A DNA stretch of 64,000 nucleotides from Minisyncoccota bacterium. GTDB taxonomy: Bacteria > Patescibacteriota > Minisyncoccia > Phycocordibacterales > UBA2100. A program made the translations under genes and the position numbers. Positions 56,562 to 64,000 of this stretch are shown here, piece by piece. Location: NCBI GenBank assembly GCA_035500505.1, contig DATJXE010000004.1:126977-190976 (forward strand), in the 5' to 3' direction. The notes under the pieces are model-generated. The model did no database searches and had not been told where the DNA came from. It saw only the letters and a program-made list of their open reading frames with translations. The first letter of the stretch is position 1; the number at the start of each line of letters is the position of its first letter.

Positions 56562-57095
56562 TCACCTGGCCCAGGGCGGACGAGTTTGCGACCGCAATGG
56601 GGAGCGAACTTTGCTCAAAACCTCGATATCGGCCTTGATCTTTTCTGCTGCTGCAGGAGATTTCAACTCGTCGATTCTTTTGATGAGTGGTGCAGGGTTT
56701 ACACCAGTGCCTTCAATCCTTTTCAACTCTCCTCGCAGCTCCGCTTGCGTTTGCACTCGGTCTTCTTCTTTTTCAAATGGCGGACCTTGAGGTGCCTCCT
56801 CAGGTGAAGCCGCGGTGGGCGCTTCCGCGGGAATTTCTGGTGCAACTTCGCCAGGAGCGGCGGGCATTTCGGCAATGGTTATGCTGGAACTGTATTTTGG
56901 GTGACCTGGAGCAGGCTCGCTCGTCGGGTCGAGCTGTTGGCGATCGCGTTCGTAGTCGTTTGCGTCTTCAAGTACGACGACGCGGCGGTTCTCGTCCAAG
57001 TACCAGTGCTTCCCCGTACGCGGATCCAGGCTTAACGAAATTTCTGTCGGAGAATTCCGGGGGCTCTCATTCTTTGGCTCAGATTCAATACTCAT
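56562..57095 (-). CDS. hypothetical Pro/Glu/Ala-rich protein
   Basis: Low-complexity segment PAAPGEVAPEIPAEAPTAASPEEAPQGPP. Confidence 0.4.
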   Translation of the reverse strand: MSIESEPKNESPRNSPTEISLSLDPRTGKHWYLDENRRVVVLEDANDYERDRQQLDPTSEPAPGHPKYSSSITIAEMPAAPGEVAPEIPAEAPTAASPEEAPQGPPFEKEEDRVQTQAELRGELKRIEGTGVNPAPLIKRIDELKSPAAAEKIKADIEVLSKVRSPLRSQTRPPWAR

Positions 57096-57184
57096 GGCTC
57101 TTATCATAACAGTGCATAAAAAAAATGCATGGCGGGTCCGAGGACTCCGCCATGCGAGGGTGACCGTTTGCCAGGCGGTAAAGA

Positions 57185-58042
57185 TCAGGCGGCCAGCTGT
57201 TCCGGAAGCTTCAACGGCTGTTCGAGCGAGAGACGCTCGAACCTCTTGAACATAGTGGGAAGAGCGCTCGAGGGCATCTCGTGCACTTCATGCCCCACTT
57301 TCGGCTTGCCGGTAAGCATCCACGCCTTGCCAAGGTGACGAACGAGAACGGCTTCGCTGTCCTTGCGCGAGAACCTGACACGGTAGAGACGGCTCGTCCA
57401 CAGGAACACGCCGCAGAAGATGTCGCCGACCCGCTCCTTCATCAGGGTCGCCATCTTCCTCTTCGAAAGTTTTGTGCCGTTCACGTCACCAAGGGGGAGC
57501 TTGTCTTCCTCCGTGATGTCCTCGGTACTTGCCGTATCGAGGAGCGTTGTCGCCCCACTATAAGCGACCGCACCGGAGATGAACATGTTGGCCTGGATGA
57601 GCTGCTTCGTTTCTTCGGTCGCGCCTTCCGGATGGCCCGACCAGATCTCGTAGTAGACCTCATTGTCTCTTTCCAACGGCATGGCACGGATGATTCCGGG
57701 CGCCATCTCGCGGAAAGTCGTGAAGTCAATGTATTGACGGGTCTGCCGTTTCTTCGATTGCTCCTCGGTGAACGTGAAGTTACGCACGGGGATGGTCTTG
57801 AAGTCGTCGCTTGGCTGGGTCGGGATAACGAGTCCGCCCGGCGACATCTTGAACCCCGGCCCAACATCTTCCATCGGAAGGTGTTGCCCGGGACCAAAGC
57901 CGATGCCCGCGACGACTTCCGTTTCGGTCTTCTCGGCAGTGCTGGAATAGCGCATTCCGCCGAAAAAGATACGGTCGTCGAGCTTGCCTTGGACCATGCG
58001 GGGACGACGGCCGGGGATGAAACGTGCTGCGTTGCATTCCAT
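57185..58042 (-). CDS. hypothetical protein (285 aa)
   Basis: AAGGAAGG RBS before ATG 58042; no recognisable motif. Confidence 0.5.
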   Translation of the reverse strand: MECNAARFIPGRRPRMVQGKLDDRIFFGGMRYSSTAEKTETEVVAGIGFGPGQHLPMEDVGPGFKMSPGGLVIPTQPSDDFKTIPVRNFTFTEEQSKKRQTRQYIDFTTFREMAPGIIRAMPLERDNEVYYEIWSGHPEGATEETKQLIQANMFISGAVAYSGATTLLDTASTEDITEEDKLPLGDVNGTKLSKRKMATLMKERVGDIFCGVFLWTSRLYRVRFSRKDSEAVLVRHLGKAWMLTGKPKVGHEVHEMPSSALPTMFKRFERLSLEQPLKLPEQLAA

Positions 58043-58211
58043 GACATACCTTCCTTTCCTATGGGTATGTGTTGCGAACTGGCGGATGCCAGAGTGCTCT
58101 CTGCACTGATGCGCAGTGTAGCATCAAATTACCCCTCTGTCAATAAATTCTAAAATAAAAAGGGCGCCGCGAACTTCGCGGCGCCCTGTCTTCGTTGAAC
58201 GGGGTCTCAAT

Positions 58212-58700
58212 TCAGCTGACCGGAACGGCCGTCCCGCCCAACACGCGAGTGTTGACGATGAGCATGATAAGGATGCTGCCGATCAATGAGCCGAGCATGG
58301 CGAAGAAGAGCACGCCGGCGATCGTCGCTCGGTCCCCGATTATGCCGAGATGAATTCGGTCGTACCAGACGATCAGCATCTCGGCGACAAGCGCCACCGA
58401 AATGAGCAAATCGAACACGACCGAGACCCAGCGATCCTTACGCACGACGGTGAGCGCGGCCGTGATCGGTTCGACGACTAGGTAGATCGTGACGATCCAG
58501 AGCACCGTGACCAGCGATGGTTCGTTGTCCGCGATCCAGAACTGGTAGATGATCCACGCGGCGAATAACACGCCGAGGAGCGAACTACACATGTTGGCCC
58601 CGATATGCATTCGGCGGTGGTGCAAGATTTCCCCGGTACGATGCAAAATGGTCTCGCGCGGAATTTGCGGGCTCGATTGAGGAACGGACGTATTGGACAT
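58212..58700 (-). CDS. membrane hypothetical protein (4-5 TM)
   Basis: GGAGG RBS before ATG 58700; hydrophobic helices. Confidence 0.5.
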   Translation of the reverse strand: MSNTSVPQSSPQIPRETILHRTGEILHHRRMHIGANMCSSLLGVLFAAWIIYQFWIADNEPSLVTVLWIVTIYLVVEPITAALTVVRKDRWVSVVFDLLISVALVAEMLIVWYDRIHLGIIGDRATIAGVLFFAMLGSLIGSILIMLIVNTRVLGGTAVPVS

Positions 58701-58769
58701 GGGTTCCTCCCTGTTGTCCGTTGGATACACTGGCGCAAGTAGTACTCCAAAATGAGTTCGCGTCAAGAA

Positions 58770-58812
58770 AACAAAGAAGGCACGCCAAGTGGGCGCGCCT
58801 TCTTAGATTTCG
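58770..58812 (-). terminator. intrinsic terminator for 58828..59184
   Basis: Minus-strand GAAGGCGCGCC-CACTT-GGCGTGCCTTC followed by TTTGTTTTCTT. Confidence 0.45.
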
Positions 58813-58827
58813 GACAGCGCTTGCGGT

Positions 58828-59184
58828 TTAGGGACAGATCCCCTGGACACAAACGCCGTACACGCGACGCCAGTAATTCCGAATGATACGGGTGCCGTAG
58901 CCGACGATGCCGTGATGATGCTGGATCATGCCGGCGCCGTAATACGATTGGCCGCCGTAGTAACCACGCTGAGCCGGACCACGGTATCCCCCGCCGCAGT
59001 ATGACGGCATGGGCCACCGGCCTTTGTTGGTGACAGCGAAGGTCCGACAGAGTTCCGCAGCTTGGGAACTGCCTGGAATTACGCCGGCAATACACGTGTC
59101 GTCGTTGCAATATGCCGAAGCCGGAGCAGAGAACGAGAGCGCGATGAAAGTGACGAGAGCGAGAGTGCATGCGAATTTCCGCAT
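58828..59184 (-). CDS. secreted 8-Cys, Gly/Tyr-rich small protein
   Basis: Signal MRKFACTLALVTFIALSFSAPASA; mature part YCNDDTC...CRTF...YCGGGYRG...GYYGGQSYYG...HHHG...GVCVQGICP. Confidence 0.5.
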   Translation of the reverse strand: MRKFACTLALVTFIALSFSAPASAYCNDDTCIAGVIPGSSQAAELCRTFAVTNKGRWPMPSYCGGGYRGPAQRGYYGGQSYYGAGMIQHHHGIVGYGTRIIRNYWRRVYGVCVQGICP

Positions 59185-59279
59185 CGGTAGTTCCTCGTGT
59201 CTTGCCACGGTTCCCGGGATGGGAGCCGTTGCTTAGGCTGCCGAGATTATACCTTTACATCTTGCACTCGTCAAGTGCT

Positions 59280-59816
59280 TTAGTACTTCCCTATCTTCAC
59301 GGGTGTGCCGATATCGACGGGAACGCCGATGGTGGTCGCGTAGGCGATGGTCACGGGTTGCGCGATGGTGGTTGGATAGCCGATGGAAACCGGTTGGGCG
59401 ATCTGCACAGGCTGCGCGATGGTGACGGGTTGCGCGATCTGTTTTGCGACCGCGATCTGCTTTCCGACGCCAATCTGTTTCGGTTGGCCGATGGTGACCG
59501 GCTGCGCTATCTGTTTGGGTTGCGCGATGGTCTTCGGCTGCGCGATCTGCTTAGGGACCCCGATCTGGGTCGGCTCTGCAATGGGGACGGCGTAGCCGAG
59601 AGGTACCGCCGTTGCGATGGGGGTCGCTTCGGCGATAGGAGCGGCGTAGGCGATCGGAGATGCATAGGCGATGGGCGAAGCTTCCGCGATCGGGGAGGCG
59701 AAAGCGATCGGGACAGCGTTCGCGATGGAGCAGCCGCAATCTTGCGCGTACGTGAGTGAGGCGCTCGCGGCGACGGCGATGATGAGTCCAGCGGTTATTT
59801 TTGTTTTCATGTGCAT
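59280..59816 (-). CDS. secreted protein composed of about 24 tandem hexapeptide repeats (x-x-I-[AG]-x-[AP])
   Basis: Signal peptide LIIAVAASASLTYAQDCGC; repeats SPIAEA/SPIAYA/KQIAQP/VTIAQP etc. Confidence 0.6.
   Translation of the reverse strand: MHMKTKITAGLIIAVAASASLTYAQDCGCSIANAVPIAFASPIAEASPIAYASPIAYAAPIAEATPIATAVPLGYAVPIAEPTQIGVPKQIAQPKTIAQPKQIAQPVTIGQPKQIGVGKQIAVAKQIAQPVTIAQPVQIAQPVSIGYPTTIAQPVTIAYATTIGVPVDIGTPVKIGKY
59290..59720 (-). repeat. 18-nt tandem repeat array (GCGATNGGNNNNGCNTAN-like on plus strand) underlying the hexapeptide repeats
   Basis: Visible 18-nt periodicity with gcgatggtg/gcgatctg variants. Confidence 0.8.
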
Positions 59817-59818
59817 AT

Positions 59819-60475
59819 TTATTTTGAAACGACGCCGACGAAGTGCGCCGTGAGGATGAAGCGCGCGCTGGTGCCGGTGAGCGTGTCGCAGGTCACGAGC
59901 GTGAGCTTCTGGCCTTGTGTCGGAGAGAGGTCGATGGAAGCCCCCGTTTGCGTGTCGGCTTTGACGACGGAGTCAACGCTGTAGAGATAGGCCTTGCCGT
60001 TCTGTCCATCGATCTCGATGGAAGCGCCCGGGTCAACATTGGGAATTTGGTTGAACGCCTGGAACATTTTGTTGGTGACGATGGGCAAGTGCGAGGAGTG
60101 CGCGAAGATGAGCACGTTGCCTTGCACACCGAGCTCTGCCGAGCTGACGTAGCGCGCGGGACCTTTGTTGAGGAGTGCGTCGAGCGCGTCGACGTCGGTC
60201 GTCGAAGGATTTTGTACCGGCAGGTCGATACCGACGGACGGGATCTTTATCTCGGCCGGAAGCGTACCTGCGGACGTGCTGTCGGAAACTGATGTGTCGC
60301 CGAGCTGAGGCAGAGATGAAAGCGCGACCGAGGGATCGTTGCATGTGTTGTCTATTTGGCACGGCACGAAGCCAACGGAGTCGGCCGCGCTCAACGTGAG
60401 CGCGAACATGACGACCGAGGTCGCAAGGAAAACAGCGGCCGGGGGCTTGGAATTTCGCGTAGATTCGGGGTTCAT
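59819..60475 (-). CDS. sortase-family transpeptidase
   Basis: N-terminal TM; catalytic-region motifs VLIFAHSSH (His) and LTLVTCD (Cys, TLxTC) plus downstream Arg. Confidence 0.7.
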   Translation of the reverse strand: MNPESTRNSKPPAAVFLATSVVMFALTLSAADSVGFVPCQIDNTCNDPSVALSSLPQLGDTSVSDSTSAGTLPAEIKIPSVGIDLPVQNPSTTDVDALDALLNKGPARYVSSAELGVQGNVLIFAHSSHLPIVTNKMFQAFNQIPNVDPGASIEIDGQNGKAYLYSVDSVVKADTQTGASIDLSPTQGQKLTLVTCDTLTGTSARFILTAHFVGVVSK

Positions 60476-60524
60476 ACGATGGCAGAATAATACATGATTA
60501 TATGCATTATGTCAATAGCATGGC

Positions 60525-61556
60525 TTGACAACTGGCGGTATGCGTGAGAGGATTCTGGCCACTATGGCGGAGGTAGAAGTATCCAAGACAACGACCACCG
60601 AAACGCGCAACGAAGGCCGCACGTCCAGTCTCTTGACCGACATCCTCACTATCGTCGGTTTTGCCATCCTTTTCATCATCATCATTTGGGGCTTCGTGCA
60701 TCTCGTCTCGCTTATCTACACTTCCCTCTCTTCGAAGTTCTCCAATACGGCGCCTTCGATAGAGGTCACTGCGCCCGCGCAAGCAACATCGGGGCAGCCG
60801 ATGACCATCTCGTGGACCTATTCGCCGAGCGTGCAGGGCAGCTACGCATTTTTGTACCAATGCGAGAACGGTCTCTCGTTCGACACGAAAGGTGCGACCT
60901 CCAGCGTCGCCGTTCCCTGCGGCGAAGCGTATACGGTTGGCAACGTGAATAATTCCCTCACGCTCACGCCTCTGCTTTCGAGCGCTTCCACCGCGACCGA
61001 CACTGTTTCCATCGTCTTTATTCCGAGCGGGACCGGTTCACAGGCACAGGGCGACGCGACCGTCGCGATCAGCGCGGCAGCCAAATCTGCTCCCGCAAAA
61101 ACGACCCCGGCGAAAACGACTTCCTCGGCGACCTACACGGCTCCGCAATATTCCGGACCCACGGACCTCTCCGTGCGCATCATCTCCGGCAACGTGGACG
61201 CGAGCGGTGCGGGTGTCGTTACGTTCGACATTGCCAACATCGGCGGCTCCGCTTCTGGCAGCTACTACTTCACGGCCCAGCTGCCGACCGCGCAGCCCTA
61301 CCCTTACCAATCGCCGCTCCAAGCCTCGCTTGAACCGGGCGGGCACGTGACGAGCACGCTTCGCTTCACCAGCGTACAATCCGGCGGCGGCACGTTCTCC
61401 GTCAGTATCCAAACGAACGACGCCAACAACGCCGACAACTACGCCTCGATGCAGCTCACCGCGCCGTACAACTACAACAACTATAATTACAACTACAGCT
61501 ACCCGTACAACTACCAATCTTCGCCGTACATCGTGTACCCGACGTATACGTACTAA
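60525..61556 (+). CDS. N-terminally anchored surface protein with two beta domains and an Asn/Tyr-rich C-terminus
   Basis: TM ILTIVGFAILFIIIIWGFVHLV; domain PMTISWTYSP...AFLYQC similar to the 51940..53244 protein; tail YNYNNYNYNYSYPYNYQSSPYIVYPTYTY. Confidence 0.5.
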   Translation: MTTGGMRERILATMAEVEVSKTTTTETRNEGRTSSLLTDILTIVGFAILFIIIIWGFVHLVSLIYTSLSSKFSNTAPSIEVTAPAQATSGQPMTISWTYSPSVQGSYAFLYQCENGLSFDTKGATSSVAVPCGEAYTVGNVNNSLTLTPLLSSASTATDTVSIVFIPSGTGSQAQGDATVAISAAAKSAPAKTTPAKTTSSATYTAPQYSGPTDLSVRIISGNVDASGAGVVTFDIANIGGSASGSYYFTAQLPTAQPYPYQSPLQASLEPGGHVTSTLRFTSVQSGGGTFSVSIQTNDANNADNYASMQLTAPYNYNNYNYNYSYPYNYQSSPYIVYPTYTY

Positions 61557-61575
61557 TAAAATTAAAATGAGAAAG

Positions 61576-61603
61576 GGCGGCCGGAGGCCGCCCCTTAAGC
61601 GTA
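61576..61603. terminator. bidirectional terminator hairpin (GGGCGGCC-GGAG-GCCGCCCC) with flanking A/T runs
   Basis: Between convergent genes 60525..61556 and 61619..62146. Confidence 0.45.
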
Positions 61604-61618
61604 GCAGAGATGGTCCGG

Positions 61619-62146
61619 TTACGATAACTTCAGGCCGCGGATGAACATCCGGATATTATCCGAGTAGATCCATCCGAAATAGCACGCGGTTCCCACGATC
61701 AGCGCCAGGATGGCATCGTCGATGCGATCGAACGATGTCGAACCCATGAGCACCGCGGAGAGTATCGCCGGTCTCACGACCCACAGTCGCTCCGTCACCG
61801 TGAGAAATTTATCGATGATGAACGTGAGCAACATGACGAGCATGGCACCGACAAGAGCGCATGGCGTCATTATGGCTTTCGGAAGGTTCGCGGTAGCGAG
61901 AACCAGCATTACATAGCCACAGTAGCTTATCGTTATGAAAGTAACTGCAGTGATGTCGTCGATTTCGCGAAATCGATGATAAACCTCATTGTAGATCGCC
62001 GATGCGACAAGACAGAGACAGACGGCGAACGTTACGGCTACGCCTGCCGCTTGATGATCCGGAAGCCAAACAAGCGCTGTGAAGTAACTGGCCACTACAG
62101 CCAACATGGCTGCCAACGGAAGTGTGACATTCAGGGTTTGACGCAT
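61619..62146 (-). CDS. polytopic membrane hypothetical protein (175 aa)
   Basis: 5 TM helices; no recognisable catalytic motif. Confidence 0.45.
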   Translation of the reverse strand: MRQTLNVTLPLAAMLAVVASYFTALVWLPDHQAAGVAVTFAVCLCLVASAIYNEVYHRFREIDDITAVTFITISYCGYVMLVLATANLPKAIMTPCALVGAMLVMLLTFIIDKFLTVTERLWVVRPAILSAVLMGSTSFDRIDDAILALIVGTACYFGWIYSDNIRMFIRGLKLS

Positions 62147-62208
62147 GACCCGCTCCAGGTTCCAGCCGCAGCAGATGCGGCACCAATTGCAACTATATCC
62201 CGCAAGTA

Positions 62209-64000
62209 CTAAATGTCGAGGTTCGCCTCCTTGGCGTGCGATTGGATGAAGGATTTGCGTGCGGGGACGTCGGTGCCCATGAGCATGTCGAATATCTGGT
62301 CGGCTTCCTGCGCGTCTTCAATGGCGACTTGTTTCAAGATTCGGCGAGCCGGATCCATCGTCGTTTCCCAGAGCTCCTCGGAGTTCATCTCTCCAAGACC
62401 TTTGTACCGTTGCACCGATATTTTCGGAACCCGTTTGACCTTTTCCGGAGCTTCCTCTTCTTCAGCTGTTTCCTCCGCCTCCGCCTCGCTCTCGGTCTCT
62501 ATCGGGATATCTTTGCCGACCAATTTAATGCGTTCCTCATCGCTGTACGCATAGGCAATCTCCTTCCCCTTGCGCACTTTGAAAAGCGGCGGTTGCGCGA
62601 TGTAGAGGAACCCGCCGTCGATGACCGGGCGGAAGTGTCGGTAGAAAAGCGTGAGAAGAAGCGTGCGGATGTGCGCGCCGTCCACGTCGGCATCGGTCGC
62701 GATGATTATCTTGTGGTAACGCAACTTGCCGATGTCGAAAATGTCGCCTATGGCGGTGCCGAGCGCAACGACCAAGTTCTTTATCTGTTCGCTCGCAAGC
62801 ATCTTGTCGAGGCGCGCGCGTTCGATGTTGAGGATCTTGCCGCGAAGCGGGAGCACTGCCTGGGTGCGTCGGTCGCGTCCGGTCTTGGCCGTGCCACCGG
62901 CGGAGTCTCCCTCGACGATGAAAAGCTCGCTCTCGCTCGCGTCCTTGCTCTGGCAGTCGGCGAGCTTACCCGGCAGCGACAAGCCATCAAGTGCCCCCTT
63001 GCGCAAAATCGAGTCTTTCGCGGCCTTGGCGGCTTTGCGCGCCTTCATCGCGAGCGTCACTTTGCCGATGATGGAACGCGCCTCGTCGGGATGTTCCTCA
63101 AGGAACGCCGCGAACGCCTCGCCGAAGACGCTTTCGGTCGCGCCGCGCGCTTCCACGCTGCCCAACTTCCCTTTTGTCTGCCCTTCGAACTGCACTTCGC
63201 GCATCTTCACGGACACGACCGCGGTGAGGCCTTCGAGCACGTCGTCGCCGGTGAAGCTGTCGCCTTTGTTGACGACATTGAGCGTGCGCGTGAGCGCGGT
63301 CTTGAAGCCGGTTATGTGCATGCCGCCTTCGGCGTTGTAAATGTTGTTGGCGAATGCGGAGATGCGCGAGGTGATGTCGTCCACGTATTGGAGCGCGACT
63401 TCGACCTCGACGCCGTCTACTTCCTTATCAACGTAGAATACCGTCTTGTGGATGGGTTCGAGGTGGCGGTTCTGGAACGACACGAGCGAGCGCAGGCCGC
63501 CTTCGAAATAGAACGTGATGGACGGTGCATCCAGTCCGAGTTCGCGCATGTAGAAGATCCCGACATCGTCGACATCTTTCACCCCGCGCAGATCGAGAAT
63601 GGAAATACGCAGGTCCTTCACCAAGTATGCCTGCTGGCGCAGGTGCGAAACGATAGTGTCCCAGTTGAATTCCCTATCCGGGAAAATGCTCGAGTCGGGT
63701 GTGAATGAAATAATGGTGCCGGTTTTGTCCGACGACGCTATTTTCTTGGTCTTCCCGACGGGCTTGCCGCCATTTTTGTATGACTGCTCGTACTTGCCTC
63801 CCTCGCGATGCACTTCGGCACGCACACTGCTCGAGAGCGCGTTGACGACGGACACGCCGACGCCGTGCAAACCGCCGGACACTTTGTACCCGTCACCGCC
63901 AAATTTGCCGCCAGCGTGCAGCATCGTCATGACCGTCTCGAGCGTCGAGACTTTCGTTTTCGGGTGTATCTCGACGGGAATACCGCGGCCGTTGTCGGCA
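62209..64000 (-). CDS. gyrB: DNA gyrase subunit B (N-terminus beyond window end)
   Basis: GyrB transducer/Toprim/C-terminal blocks (PLRGKILN, EGDSAGG, DADVDGAHI...), frame open to the window edge with ...GNDNGRGIPV ATPase-domain residues. Confidence 0.9.
   Translation of the reverse strand, partial: ADNGRGIPVEIHPKTKVSTLETVMTMLHAGGKFGGDGYKVSGGLHGVGVSVVNALSSSVRAEVHREGGKYEQSYKNGGKPVGKTKKIASSDKTGTIISFTPDSSIFPDREFNWDTIVSHLRQQAYLVKDLRISILDLRGVKDVDDVGIFYMRELGLDAPSITFYFEGGLRSLVSFQNRHLEPIHKTVFYVDKEVDGVEVEVALQYVDDITSRISAFANNIYNAEGGMHITGFKTALTRTLNVVNKGDSFTGDDVLEGLTAVVSVKMREVQFEGQTKGKLGSVEARGATESVFGEAFAAFLEEHPDEARSIIGKVTLAMKARKAAKAAKDSILRKGALDGLSLPGKLADCQSKDASESELFIVEGDSAGGTAKTGRDRRTQAVLPLRGKILNIERARLDKMLASEQIKNLVVALGTAIGDIFDIGKLRYHKIIIATDADVDGAHIRTLLLTLFYRHFRPVIDGGFLYIAQPPLFKVRKGKEIAYAYSDEERIKLVGKDIPIETESEAEAEETAEEEEAPEKVKRVPKISVQRYKGLGEMNSEELWETTMDPARRILKQVAIEDAQEADQIFDMLMGTDVPARKSFIQSHAKEANLDI

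Noticed and set aside
59819-60475. Classification of the sortase to a specific class (A/E/F) and assignment of the neighbouring proteins as its substrates
   Set aside because: No LPxTG/LAxTG C-terminal sorting signal is visible in the neighbours, so the substrate relationship is left as a hypothesis only.
62236-63708. 490-aa plus-strand ORF
   Set aside because: Antisense to gyrB.

Overview
This is a compact, high-GC (about 60 %) bacterial chromosomal segment, mostly housekeeping genes with two accessory patches. Short intergenic regions, overlapping start/stop codons, shortened aaRS/SMC proteins and a 4-domain S1 protein suggest a reduced-genome (possibly Patescibacteria-like) lineage; this is inference only. 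TGA is read as stop, so the standard genetic code applies. All calls come from motif recognition by eye; no database searches were run.

The housekeeping genes are these:
- DNA replication and topology: gyrA; gyrB (partial, at the 3' edge); dnaE; dnaG-rpoD (macromolecular-synthesis operon); rnhB.
- Transcription: rpoB-rpoC; the rnc-smc pair.
- Translation and tRNA modification: an S1-domain protein; a block around rpsP (S16)-KH protein-trmD; rpmF; valS; thrS; tsaC; tsaD; miaA.
- Five tRNAs: Ser-CGA, Glu-UUC, Val-GAC, Leu-CAA and Trp-CCA.
- Others: mscL, prsW, hsp20, an AlkA-like glycosylase, a RecB-family nuclease, a hicAB toxin-antitoxin pair, an orphan histidine kinase and a partial SAM methyltransferase at the 5' edge.

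The accessory content worth attention is:
1. A 2.7-kb array (about 24.99-27.72 kb) of eight tiny genes, mostly 2-4-TM miniproteins. Each cassette has its own reiterated GC-hairpin terminator and a conserved TTGATTTTG-N13-TATAGCAT promoter. The hairpins show compensatory stem changes between copies. I could not assign this to any described system.
2. A cell-surface module (58.8-61.6 kb): a sortase, a secreted protein made of about 24 tandem hexapeptide repeats, an 8-Cys Gly/Tyr-rich secreted peptide and an N/Y-rich anchored protein.
3. A paralogous secreted protein (51.9-53.2 kb) with six 30-nt in-frame decapeptide repeats, a CAG/CAA poly-Q tract and a Y/N-rich segment.
4. A NusB-NUDIX fusion ORF directly upstream of rnc.
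5. Several candidate intrinsic terminators and one sigma70-like promoter for rpoBC.
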